From assembly GCA_963822585.1 (NCBI GenBank), contig CAWGIE010000036.1:192001-256000 (forward strand): a stretch of DNA of 64,000 bases. The letters run 5' to 3'. This document shows, one piece after another, positions 9,853 to 19,284 of this stretch (the stretch's first letter is position 1; each line of letters starts with the position of its first letter). The DNA comes from an uncultured bacterium. GTDB taxonomy: Bacteria > Auribacterota > Erginobacteria > Erginobacterales > Erginobacteraceae. The translations under genes were made by a program, and so were the position numbers. The notes beneath the pieces are model-generated. The model did not search any database. It worked only from the letters and a program-made list of their open reading frames with translations, and was not told the origin of the DNA.

Positions 9853-10359
9853 TCACGGAAGCGCCGGGGACGGTCTCGGCGGAGACGGGGTGGCGGGGGG
9901 ATAATAGCCGCAGCCGATGTAGAGATTCTCTCCCGGAACCCTCATGATATAGGTTCTTTTCAGGCTCGGCTCTTCGGCCCCCGGTTTGGGCCACCTGTAT
10001 TCGACCCAGCCCGAGCCCGCTTCCGAAGCCACCTTGACGAACTCGACGATGAAGGAAAACATCTGGCTGTTCTTGAACGTACTCAGATCCGGCCCGACCA
10101 GGAGCGGTCGGTAGGGGTGGGCGGAGAGCGTGATCTTGTCGAGGGGCCCGGCAAAAAGATAAAAATCTCCGACGATAAAAGGACCGTCGGGATCGCCGAT
10201 GGCCCGGAGGGCCGCCGGGATCCCGGCAACCTGAGCCGTCTTAACTCCTTTCTCCACCAGGGCCTGAGCGGTGGCGGCATCGTCAGCCGGCGCCGGGAAC
10301 GAGAGCATGAATATCATCACCGTTGTCAGTACCGCGACCATTGTTGCTTTATGCCTCAT
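9853..10359 (-). CDS. Secreted stand-alone single-Cache domain protein
   Basis: Start MRHKATMV at 10359 (GAGGTG RBS); signal peptide; GPFIVGDFYLF, AHP...LVG, GSGWVEYRWPKPG..PSLKRTYI, YIGCGYY. Confidence 0.85.
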   Translation of the reverse strand: MRHKATMVAVLTTVMIFMLSFPAPADDAATAQALVEKGVKTAQVAGIPAALRAIGDPDGPFIVGDFYLFAGPLDKITLSAHPYRPLLVGPDLSTFKNSQMFSFIVEFVKVASEAGSGWVEYRWPKPGAEEPSLKRTYIMRVPGENLYIGCGYYPPATPSPPRPSPALP

Positions 10360-10463
10360 GCTCACCTCCCTCGGTTTTCTCCCGGTTTGAATCAAAGCCA
10401 AGGATACATCATCCGCAAAAACTGTCTTCATTTTACCCCGCGGGGAGAATCCGGGCAATAAAA

Positions 10464-10522
10464 TATTTCCACCTTGTTGGACAAAAAAGGCAAAGCCTTT
10501 TTTGTCCAACAAGGTGGAAATA
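10464..10522. repeat. Perfect 28-bp inverted repeat with 3-nt loop
   Basis: tatttccaccttgttggacaaaaaaggc-aaa-gccttttttgtccaacaaggtggaaata. Confidence 0.9.
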
Positions 10523-10600
10523 ATTGGCTCCATCCCTGTCATACGCATTCCACCCGGGAGTAATCATCAATCTGGGCGGCACGTACTGGGCCCGTTGGTC

Positions 10601-11104
10601 TCACTCGGCGGGCGGGATGTGGAGCCACCAATCTCCCCTCTCATTTTCCGCTACCGCTTTGATCGCCTCAACGATCTGGGTGTAGCCGGTACAGCGGCAG
10701 AGGTTGCCGGAGATGGCGATCCGGATATCTTCTTCGGTGGGAGCCGGGTTCTGATCGAGAAGAGCGAGGGCGCTCATGATCATGCCCGGGGTACAGAAAC
10801 CGCACTGGACGGCCCCGTGATCGATAAAGGACTGCTGAAGGGGGTGAAGCCTCTTTTGATCGGAAAGGCCTTCAATGGTAACAACCTCGCGACCAGCACA
10901 CTGGCCGGCCAAGATCAGACAGGAATTGACGGCCTTCCCATCGAGAAGGACGGTACAGGCCCCGCACTCGCCGATCCCGCAGCCTTCCTTGGTGCCGGTG
11001 AGACGGAGTTCGTTTCGGAGAAGGTCGATCAGGCGCAGGTTAGGCCGAATTTTGAGGGAGTGTTTTTTACCGTTGATGGTAAGGTTGAGTTTAATCGTTT
11101 TCAT
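10601..11104 (-). CDS. Xanthine dehydrogenase/CoxS family 2Fe-2S subunit
   Basis: GTKEGCGIGECGACTV, QCGFCTPG, NLCRCTGY. Confidence 0.95.
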   Translation of the reverse strand: MKTIKLNLTINGKKHSLKIRPNLRLIDLLRNELRLTGTKEGCGIGECGACTVLLDGKAVNSCLILAGQCAGREVVTIEGLSDQKRLHPLQQSFIDHGAVQCGFCTPGMIMSALALLDQNPAPTEEDIRIAISGNLCRCTGYTQIVEAIKAVAENERGDWWLHIPPAE

Positions 11105-11114
11105 AGTAAACTAT

Positions 11115-11509
11115 CAGGGAGCAGCACGGAATAGAAGGGATTAGCAGGGAGAAGGATGGAATAGCACGGAATAATACGGAACAGCACGGATATCACCCGC
11201 CTCTTTCCTGCTGCTCCCTGCTCATCCCTACTTCCACGTTCCTTCTTTAGCCATCTTTCCTACAGATGCAATTTGCCGTTTAAGGAGATAATCGGTTGTC
11301 CCGCATAATTTATCCAATTCCTGAAATTCTTCCTCGGTTATCAATTCATCTTCCAAACAGTCATCTACATCACCGGAGAGTTCATTTAAAGACGTTCTGC
11401 TGATTACCAAGTAGCGAAACTACAAGCCGTTTATAACCTATTGTTTCATCCTTGCTCATCCCTGCTTTTCCATTCTCATCCCTGCTTCTCCCTGCTTTTC
11501 CACGCTTCC
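11115..11509. mobile_element. 10-mer repeat-armed element enclosing a four-helix-bundle gene remnant
   Basis: (G/A)AGCAGGGA(T/G/A)-type decamers flank the remnant on both sides (11208-11228 and 11445-11509), with an inverted array at 11115-11191. Confidence 0.7.
11228..11419 (-). pseudogene. C-terminal half of a four-helix-bundle (IVP/TIGR02436-like) protein
   Basis: FRYLVISRTSLNELSGDVDDCLEDELITEEEFQELDKLCGTTDYLLKRQIASV matches the family pattern F.RFL.IARGSL.E...L.....LGYI.EEEF..L......LL..LI.S. An in-frame TAG lies just upstream and the N-terminal half is absent. Lower GC than flanks. Confidence 0.7.
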
Positions 11510-12354
11510 TTCAACGCCCTGGCTGTTAATGCCTCAATCACCGGCTTCTTGTAGGGTGTCGACCAGCGGACACCGGAGCGGGCGATCATCTCCCCGGAGA
11601 CCGCCTCCCCGGCCCGTCGAAAAAGCTCCTTAGAGGGCTTCCGGCCGATCAACAGCTTCTCGGCGGCAGCGATCCGTTCCGGCATCGGCGTCGTGCTGCC
11701 CGGAGAGATCCGCGCCTCGACGATAGTCTCACCGTCCAGAAACAGGATGACCGCCACGTTCATCCGGGAGATGGCGAGAGCATTTCGCCGGCCCAGTTTG
11801 ATAAAGGCGCTCCTGGCCTCCGGGGGAAGGCGACGGAATCGCACGGCCGTCAACATCTCGTCAGCACCGGCGTTGGTCTGATACGGCTTGACGTAGATCT
11901 CCGTAATCCCGACGACGCGTTCTCCTTTCTTGGACCGGAAGACCGCTTCGGCATCAAGCGCCACCAGAGCGGGAACACTGTCAGCCGCGGGGGAGGCGTT
12001 CATGATATTTCCGCCGATGGTGGCGATATTGCGATGCTGGGTAGCGCCGACGGTGGAGCAGGCCGATGCCAGGAGCGGTGCGTATTCCCGGATGACCGGA
12101 GAGGTGTGTATCTCCCAGTGGGTGGTCCCGGCCCCGATGGTGATGGTCCCGTCATCGTCCGTGATCCCCTTGATCTCGGCAATGGCGGAGATATCGAGGA
12201 GAGCGGTGGGGCCTTCCCCGCCGGAAGGGATCCCCCTCAATTCGACCAGGAGATCGGTCCCCCCGGCAATGATCTTTGACTCTCCGCCGGTCGCGGCCAG
12301 GAAATCCAACGCCGCATCGAGTGACTCGACCCTGACCAGGTTAAAGGCGATCAC
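11476..12354 (-). CDS. Xanthine dehydrogenase/CoxM family FAD-binding subunit
   Basis: GTG start at 12354 overlapping the upstream TGA; IIAGGTDL, RNIATIGGNIMNASPAADS, KLGRRNALAIS. Confidence 0.93.
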   Translation of the reverse strand: MIAFNLVRVESLDAALDFLAATGGESKIIAGGTDLLVELRGIPSGGEGPTALLDISAIAEIKGITDDDGTITIGAGTTHWEIHTSPVIREYAPLLASACSTVGATQHRNIATIGGNIMNASPAADSVPALVALDAEAVFRSKKGERVVGITEIYVKPYQTNAGADEMLTAVRFRRLPPEARSAFIKLGRRNALAISRMNVAVILFLDGETIVEARISPGSTTPMPERIAAAEKLLIGRKPSKELFRRAGEAVSGEMIARSGVRWSTPYKKPVIEALTARALKEAWKSREKQG

Positions 12355-14656
12355 CGCTCCCTCCTTTTCGTCTTCACCAGCTTGTGGCCGAGAACGATCC
12401 GCTCCAGGTTCAGGGGGAGATCGCGGATCCGGCGGCCGGTGGCATGGAAAACGGCATTGGCGATGGCGGGAGCGCATAGTTCCGCCGTCGGTTCGGCGAT
12501 GCACTTGGCGCCGTAAGGGCCGCACTTGTCCTCGTTCTCGATAATGAAAGAATGGATTTTGCCGACGTCCATCGCGGTCGGGATCAGGTATTCGTCCAGG
12601 TTCATGGTCTTGGTGACTCCGTCGACCAGTTCTACCTCCTCCAGGAGCCCGTAGCCGATGGCGGTAGCCACCCCGCCGCAGATCTGCCCCCGGACGGATT
12701 CCGGATTGATGGCCCGGCCGACGTCGTGAGCGGCCCAGACCTCGAGGACGTTCACTTTCCCGGTCTCGGGGTCGACCTCCACCTCGGCGATCTGGCAGCC
12801 GTACACGTAAGTGAAGTAAGCGTCACCTCTCCCCTCTTTTTCGTCCCACCAGATAGGGGGAGAGACATGCCAGGCAAATGATGACAGGTTCATCCCCGCG
12901 TCCAGGGCCAGTTTAATCGCTTCCCGGAAACTTACCGACCGAGCGGGATCGTCCCTGACCATAATCTTCTCGTCCGCTGCGATCAAACCGGCGGGGGGGA
13001 CCCCCAGTTTCTTCGCCGCGGCGGCACAGAGCTTTTCCCGGGCGTCAATCGCCGCCTTGCGGACGGCCGATCCGCCCATGATGGTGGAGCGGGATGCAAC
13101 GGTCGGACCGCCGTCAACGATAGTGGAAGTATCCGTCTCCTGATAACGGATGCGTTCAATCGGAAGACCGAGCTCTCCGGCCGCGATCTGGGAGAAAACG
13201 GTCTTCAGACCCTGCCCCATCTCGACCAGTCCGGTGGTGAGGTCGACCGAGCCGTCGGAGTGGATCCGCACGATCGCTCCGGTAGCATCGACCCCCTCCG
13301 CCCCCAGAGCCACCCCCCGATAGGAGCAGGCAAGACCGATCCCGCGCTTGAGGCGACGCCCCGCATTCTCCCCCGGGAAGCGTTTCCGCTTTTCATCCCA
13401 CCCGGCGGCACGGGTGGTAACGTCCAGGGCCTCGCCGACGCTGACGGTATGGTCCAGTTTCTGCCCGGTGGCGGTGATGTCATTGTCGCGGAGAATGTTC
13501 TTCTTCCTGAATTCGAAGCGGATCCATCTTCAGCTCTCCGGCGATCTCGTCCATCAAGGACTCGTAGGCGAAGGTGATCTGGGGGGAACCGAAGCCCCGA
13601 AAAGCGCCGGTATAGGTGTTATTGGTATACGCGCCGTAGATGTCGGTCCTGACATGGGGAACACGGTAAGGGACCGGTGGCATGGACGACCGATCTCCAG
13701 GTCACGAAAGGGGTCATGGAAGCATAAGCGCCACCGTCGGCCACGATTTTTATCTCCATGGCGGTGATGGCGCCGCCAGCTTTCACCCCCACCTTGTAAT
13801 CGAGGAAATACGGGTGACGTTTATAGCTCTCGACCAGGGAGTCCTCCCGGGTGTTGGAGAGCATGACCGGGCGCCCGGTTTTAAGAGCAAGGAGTCCCGC
13901 CCGGCAGCTCAGGACCGACATGCAGTCATCCTTGCCCCCGAAAGACCCCCCCAGAGAAGACTGAACGATTCTTACTCTGGAGAGAGGGAGGCCCAGAACA
14001 CCGGCCACGGCGGAACGGATGTTGAATATGCTCTGGTGGGATCCTTTTATAACCAGGGTCCCATCCGGTTCGACATCGGCTACCACTACCTCGGTTTCGA
14101 TGTAGGTATGATCGACCCGCTGGGTGGAGTATGACCGTTCGATAATCCGGTCGGCTTCGGCAAAACCTACCGCGACGTCTCCTTTCCGGGTCTTGTGATG
14201 GGCGATCAGGTTCCCGCCGGCGTGAATCTCGGGGGCGCCGGGCGCGAGGGCTTCCCGGGGGTCGAAAACAGGGGGAAGCTCCTCATAGGTGACCGTGATC
14301 AAAGCCACCGCCTTCTCCGCGATCTCCGGCGTCTCGGCGGCGACGACGGCCACCGCGTCGCCCCGGTAGCGGACCTTGTCCCCGGCGAGCGGTTGATTAT
14401 CGATGATGACCGCGCCGAAAGCACGGTTGCCCGGAATATCGGCGGCGGTGACCACGGCGACGACGCCCGTGAGCTTTTTCGCCCGGGCGGTATCCATTCT
14501 GACGATCCGGGCATGGGGATACCCGGCATGTTTCACTTTCGCGTACAGCATCCCATCCAGCCGGAGATCCTGCCCATAGCGGGCGGCGCCGGTCACCTTC
14601 TCCCGGGCGTCCACCCGGGGAGGGGAAGTGCCGATTATTTTTAAGTTACAGTTCAT
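12351..14656 (-). pseudogene. Xanthine dehydrogenase family molybdopterin subunit interrupted by two +1 frameshifts (about 13668 and 13516)
   Basis: Removing one T at each site joins ORFs 13619-14656, 13480-13683 and 12351-13313 into one protein: GGSFGGK...HATGPYRVPHV...AFRGFGSPQ...MDPLEFRKKNIL...EMGQGLKT...ASRST...GPYGAKCIAE. Confidence 0.85.
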
Positions 14657-14675
14657 CGGTTATTGCTGAAGTAAA

Positions 14676-14753
14676 CAGTGACCAGTGATCAGTAATCAGT
14701 GGGCCAGCCGGCATCGCCGGCTACTGGTTACCGATTACCTATTACCGATTACT
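14676..14753. repeat. Inverted-arm element, 7-mer CAGT(G/A)AT / ATTACCG family, copy 1
   Basis: cagtgaccagtgatcagtaatcagt - agccggcatcgccggct - actggttaccgattacctattaccgattact. Confidence 0.8.
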
Positions 14754-14763
14754 TTATTTCCTA

Positions 14764-17289
14764 TTAGTCCTCTTTCAGAGCTCTGGTTTCTTCCTCATCA
14801 CGGTCGCGGAGCGAGAGAGCGCCGGCGGGACAGAGGAAGGTGCACATTCCGCAGCCGATGCACTTCTCGGCGTCCGTCTCCGGGATCAGCTTATCATTGA
14901 GACTGATCGCCAGGTAGGGACAGTGGGTGCAGTTCCCACAGTGAACGCAGAGGTCCTCATCCACGCTGGAAATCTGCTTGATCGGGGTCAGCGCCATGAA
15001 ATCGCGGATCGGTTCCGGCAGCGCGATCCCGATCAGATCGGGGACGGATTTAATCCCCCGGGCGGCCAGCAGATGGCTCAGCCCCGAGCAGAGTTCATTG
15101 ATGATCCCGTAGCCGTATTTCTCCACGATGGTGCAGAACTGGACCGTTTTCACGCCCAGGGCCAGGAAATGGGCGGCGGCCATGTAGCCCATCGCCCCGC
15201 CGTTTCCGGAGACATGGACGTTGAGGTTGCCGACCTTGGCCAGGGTAAGATAGTTGATGGGAGCGACCGCGGCACCGCTCATCCCCACCACCGCGCCGTC
15301 TTCCCATTCCTCTTTGACCATCTCCCGGAAGTCGAGGCAGGGGAAGGTATTGCCGAGGGTAACACCGGCATTCTGTTTGGGATAACGGGCGAAGACTTCC
15401 TTGATGGCTTTGATGATGGTGGTGATCTCGGTCACCGCCGGGGTCAGCTTGAAGAGCTTGGGGATAGCGGGGTCGCTCACCTGGAGGACCCAATCGATGA
15501 TCTTGGCGGTCAGGGCGGCGTTCTGGGAAACGATATCACCCTCGGCTCCTTCGCCGCCCTGCGGGCAGGAGAGGCTGTATTCGACCACCATCGCCCCCGC
15601 ATTCTCCAGCATTTTCGTATTGCTCTGCCAGGACTTCATGTCGCTCTCGTCATTTCCGCTCACGTTCCCCCCGGTAGAAGCACCGGTGAGCCGGTCGGGG
15701 AATTCTTTGACCAGCCGCTCCACCTCCGGACATACCCGGTCGAGACGATGGCCGGAGACGTTGTCGCAGTTGGCGTAGGTATAAGGATCGAACTGATACA
15801 TATAAGCGGCGGGGATATGGATCTCAGTTCCGGGGGAGAACGCGGTCTTCATGATCCCGCCGGCCCACCCGGCCTCGTAAGCCAGTTTCATCTGTTCGTA
15901 ACCGTCACTGGGGGGAGCCGCTGAGAGCAGGAAAGGATTGATGATCTTTTTTCCGAAGAAGTCCGTCTCCAGTGAGACCGGGACCGGATCATAGCCAGGC
16001 AGTAAAACCTCGCTCTTGATCGGGTTCTCGATCACCGGCTCTTCTTCTTTCTGCAGGAAGGCGTCAATCTTCTCGGCGATATTCTTTCCCGACGCGACCG
16101 CTTCCACCACGGTGGTGGGACCATTGACGACATCCCCGGCATAGAAAACGGCCTGGTTCTTGATCCGGGGATAGCTTGACCGGTTCCCAACCGCGATAAT
16201 CACATGATCGACGTCCTGCAGCAGCTCCCCCACCCCTTTCCGGGCGGTAACGCACTGAAGACTGAAGCAGGCTTTGGGGGGGATAGTGACCTTGGTCACT
16301 TTGAGGGCTTTCACCTTCCCATCTTCGGCAATGATCGCCGTCACCTGGGAACGGCCGTTGACATCGACGCCTTCGGCGATCAGTTCCTTCCTCTCGTCAC
16401 CGGTGAGGGCCATTTCCCCGAAAGTTTCCAGGGCGAACATATCGACATAATCCGCTCCCCGTTTGGCCACGGTCACGGCGCAGTCGCAGGCGGTCGCGCC
16501 GCCGCCGATGACGGCAACCCGGCCCTTCATGGGGAAGGCGTCCGGGTCGAGAAGATAATCGAGCGCCGGGACGGCCATTTTCTCGTTGGGGATGCTCATG
16601 ACCACGGGTTCCCAGCGGCCGACCGCGACCAGCACGGCTTCATATCCCTGTTCCAAAAGAGAGGCCGGATCATCAACCGCCGAGCCGCACTTGAGCGATA
16701 TGCGTCCCAGGGAGAGAGCAAAATCGATATCAGCCTTCAGCACATCGGGGCGGAGACGGTAATCGGGAATACAGCGGACGACGCCGCCCGCTTCCCTTCC
16801 TTTCTCGAAGATATCGACCTGGTATCCCTTCCGGGCGAGCAGCGCGGCCGCTCCCAGGCCGGCCGGACCGGCGCCGATCACCGCCACTTTCCTGCCGTTG
16901 GCCTTTTCTTTCTCGAATACGGGCATAACGCCGAGCTGACGGGCCTTATGGATGATGGTGGCCTGAAGAGCGGGGATGTTGATCGGGGAATCGAGATTCT
17001 CGTGTACACAGGTCTGCATGCAATGCCGGTCGGGACAGACCAGCCCGCAGACCCCCCCGAAGGGATTGGCGGAAAGAATCAGGGCGGCGGCCCGTTGAAT
17101 ATCGGAAGGCTTCCCGCCCCGGGCGGCCATGATAAAATCCGGGGGGGAGACATTGGCCGGGCAGCCGTTCCCGCAGGTTTCACCCTCCAGGCAGCCGGTA
17201 CGGCAGGGCTGTTCCTCACAGTATTCGCATCTCCACAATTCATCTTCAAACTGGGCATCCGGCAGAATCAAATCTTCGGTCAACTTCAT
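14764..17289 (-). CDS. Fused dihydropyrimidine dehydrogenase-like flavoprotein (PreT-PreA single chain)
   Basis: N-terminal Fe-S (RCEYC...PC, CGLVCP...C...C, PINIPALQ), VIGAGPAG and VIGGGATA Rossmann motifs, FMN barrel (NPFLLSAAPP, KT, SCP, KLTP, NT, GMSG), C-terminal 2x[4Fe-4S]. Confidence 0.85.
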   Translation of the reverse strand: MKLTEDLILPDAQFEDELWRCEYCEEQPCRTGCLEGETCGNGCPANVSPPDFIMAARGGKPSDIQRAAALILSANPFGGVCGLVCPDRHCMQTCVHENLDSPINIPALQATIIHKARQLGVMPVFEKEKANGRKVAVIGAGPAGLGAAALLARKGYQVDIFEKGREAGGVVRCIPDYRLRPDVLKADIDFALSLGRISLKCGSAVDDPASLLEQGYEAVLVAVGRWEPVVMSIPNEKMAVPALDYLLDPDAFPMKGRVAVIGGGATACDCAVTVAKRGADYVDMFALETFGEMALTGDERKELIAEGVDVNGRSQVTAIIAEDGKVKALKVTKVTIPPKACFSLQCVTARKGVGELLQDVDHVIIAVGNRSSYPRIKNQAVFYAGDVVNGPTTVVEAVASGKNIAEKIDAFLQKEEEPVIENPIKSEVLLPGYDPVPVSLETDFFGKKIINPFLLSAAPPSDGYEQMKLAYEAGWAGGIMKTAFSPGTEIHIPAAYMYQFDPYTYANCDNVSGHRLDRVCPEVERLVKEFPDRLTGASTGGNVSGNDESDMKSWQSNTKMLENAGAMVVEYSLSCPQGGEGAEGDIVSQNAALTAKIIDWVLQVSDPAIPKLFKLTPAVTEITTIIKAIKEVFARYPKQNAGVTLGNTFPCLDFREMVKEEWEDGAVVGMSGAAVAPINYLTLAKVGNLNVHVSGNGGAMGYMAAAHFLALGVKTVQFCTIVEKYGYGIINELCSGLSHLLAARGIKSVPDLIGIALPEPIRDFMALTPIKQISSVDEDLCVHCGNCTHCPYLAISLNDKLIPETDAEKCIGCGMCTFLCPAGALSLRDRDEEETRALKED

Positions 17290-17343
17290 CTCTATTCCTC
17301 CGTAAATAATGATACGTTATTTCATATCGGTTCAAGGATCACC

Positions 17344-17434
17344 ATGGAGTACTGGAGTGATGGGATGGTGGAGTATTGGGGGGCGACTCAGCTGCGGCGC
17401 ATTACTCCATCACTCCAATACTCCATCACTCCAT
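17344..17434. repeat. Inverted-arm element, 8-mer family, copy 2
   Basis: atggagtactggagtgatgggatggtggagtattgg ... attactccatcactccaatactccatcactccat. Confidence 0.85.
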
Positions 17435-17496
17435 TTTAAAATACCCCTGGGGGGAAAATCATCTTAACAATACGAAATATCCGGGTCAAGCGCCTA

Positions 17497-18714
17497 TTAC
17501 TCCACCTCGGGTTCGTCGATCAGAATGACCCGGGCCGTTGTTCCTTTCCGAAGGGGGCCCGCGTTCGGAGGAATAACCATCAGACCGTCGGCGAGAACGA
17601 GAGAACGGAGTATCCCCGACCCCTGAGGGCCGGTGGGGCGGACAAAATAGCCCCCCCCTTCCCTGCTCACGGAGACGCGCACCAGATGGGTCCGATCCGT
17701 TCTCTCATCGCAATCTTCCAGCAGAACCGCCTCCACTTCCGGCTTGTGGAGTTTCTTTTTCCCTTGCATCTTCAGGAGGGCCGGGCGGACAAACTGAAGG
17801 AATGAGACCAGGACCGATACCGGATTGCCGGGGAGGCTGAAGACGGGAACGCCGTTCACCACCGTGAAGGTGAGCGGCTTGCCCGGCTTCATCGCCACCT
17901 GCCGGATCAGAAGTTCCCCTCCCATCTCGCGAAGCGCTTCCCGGACCAGGTCGTATTTCCCGACCGATACCCCCCCGGAGGAGATCACCAGGTCGGTAGT
18001 GAGGGCGACACTGAATATTCTCTTCAGATCGTCCTTCCGGTCGGGAGCGATCCCGAGCGTGGCCGGGATGCCGCCGTATTGTCGGACGGCGGCGCCCAGG
18101 GAGTACCGGTTGCAGTCGCGGATCTTCCCGGGGAGAAGATCGTCCTCGATATTTTGCAACTCGTCGCCGGTACTGACAATCGTCACCCGGGGAGAAGGGA
18201 TGACAATAACGTGAGCGTAACCCAGCGCCGCCAGCATCCCGATCTCCGGGGGCCGGAGGGCAATCCCCGCCGGGAGAACGATCTCGCCTTTCCGGACGCT
18301 CTCGCCGGCTTCCCGGACGTTCACCCCCTTCGTTACCGGTCGCAGTATCTCCACCCCGGCACCGTCCCGGGTGTCTTCCACCATCACCACCGCGTCGGCC
18401 CCGGCCGGCAGCGGCGCCCCGGTCATGATCCGGATTGCCCGGCCTGCTTCCACCGTCTTTTGGGAGACCTGACCGGCCGGAAGATCCTCGATCACGGCCA
18501 GCGTGACCGGGGTTTCCGGGGAGGCGCCTCGGATATCGGCGGAGCGGACCGCGTACCCGTCCATGGCCGAATTGGCGAACGGAGGGATATTCTCCCGGGC
18601 GGCAATATCTTCCGCCAGTACGCGCCCCGGGCAGTCGGCAAGAGGCAGTGATGTGCTCTCCAGGGGCTGAATACGGCCCATGATTATTTGCAGCGCTTCT
18701 TCAATCGTGATCAT
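17497..18714 (-). CDS. moeA: Molybdopterin molybdenumtransferase
   Basis: PPFANSAMDGYAV, RIMTGAPLP, STGDEL, SGGVSVGKYD, MKPGKP, LPGNPVS, GPQGSGIL. Confidence 0.96.
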   Translation of the reverse strand: MITIEEALQIIMGRIQPLESTSLPLADCPGRVLAEDIAARENIPPFANSAMDGYAVRSADIRGASPETPVTLAVIEDLPAGQVSQKTVEAGRAIRIMTGAPLPAGADAVVMVEDTRDGAGVEILRPVTKGVNVREAGESVRKGEIVLPAGIALRPPEIGMLAALGYAHVIVIPSPRVTIVSTGDELQNIEDDLLPGKIRDCNRYSLGAAVRQYGGIPATLGIAPDRKDDLKRIFSVALTTDLVISSGGVSVGKYDLVREALREMGGELLIRQVAMKPGKPLTFTVVNGVPVFSLPGNPVSVLVSFLQFVRPALLKMQGKKKLHKPEVEAVLLEDCDERTDRTHLVRVSVSREGGGYFVRPTGPQGSGILRSLVLADGLMVIPPNAGPLRKGTTARVILIDEPEVE

Positions 18715-18716
18715 TT

Positions 18717-18913
18717 TATTAATCAGCGCCTCCGGCGCTGCTTAATAGCGGCCCCCGATTGGTTCAATCGGGGGCTATCTGTTCACTCAGATATTACCAT
18801 CAAGTCTTTATTCTACAAAGGCTTCATAACCTCTTGAGATTTCTTATATTAATAATACGTTAACTAGTGCCCAAAAGATGCACAACTATTATTTTTCCGG
18901 AGAAAAACTAATA
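18717..18913. repeat. Composite REP-like element (GCGCC hairpin + CCCCGATT hairpin + T-run/A-run palindrome)
   Basis: tcagcgcctccggcgctg; gcccccgattggttcaatcgggggc; tattatttttccggagaaaaactaata. Same order as 31931-32123. Confidence 0.65.
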
Positions 18914-19055
18914 AAGCAGGAGAAACATTTTGCGATCTTCTATAGACTCTTGCCCGGCCACGTCGATTTGGACAACAGCCCCTTACGGCCAGATTTATTC
19001 TTGTCGCCCTGATTCCCATCCTGTACTATAGGACATCATACAGTAGGTCATACTG

Positions 19056-19154
19056 TCTCCGACTCTGTCTTCCCCGCCCCCTCATTGAGGGAAAGGAAAC
19101 AGAGCGATAGGGTTCGGCCGGAAACGGCCGCGCCTCCCGTGTTTGGAAAGGAGA
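19056..19154 (+). ncRNA. Moco RNA motif / riboswitch, P3-less (Tuco-type)
   Basis: TCTCCGA...CTCTGT..ACAGAG-CGATAGGGTT-CGGCCG GAAA CGGCCG-CGCCTCCCGT GTTT GGAAAGGAGA. Shows P1 (TCTCC/GGAGA), GNRA-capped P4 and the GCCTCC...TGGAAAGGAG signature, upstream of tungstate-uptake genes. Confidence 0.85.
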
Positions 19155-19206
19155 TCAGCCTGGATGACGGGGAGTGTATGTTTCGGTCCCGGTCCCTGGC
19201 TAAATC

Positions 19207-19241
19207 AACCGATTTCTCCGCACGGGAGGATCGGTTTTTTT
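19207..19241 (+). terminator. Intrinsic terminator (probable riboswitch expression platform)
   Basis: aaccgatttctcc-gcacg-ggaggatcggtt followed by a T-run, between the aptamer and the first CDS. Confidence 0.7.
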
Positions 19242-19284
19242 CTTCTATTTTATTTCATGCCCCGCGAGGGGAAAGGAGGGAGAT

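Noticed and set aside
11228..11419. Diversity-generating retroelement (Avd-like fold)
   Set aside because: No reverse transcriptase and no TR/VR pair with adenine-specific mismatches is visible.
12351..14656. Selenocysteine read-through, or a genuinely split large/medium subunit
   Set aside because: The breaks are frame changes within conserved motifs, not in-frame TGA codons or domain boundaries with new RBSs.
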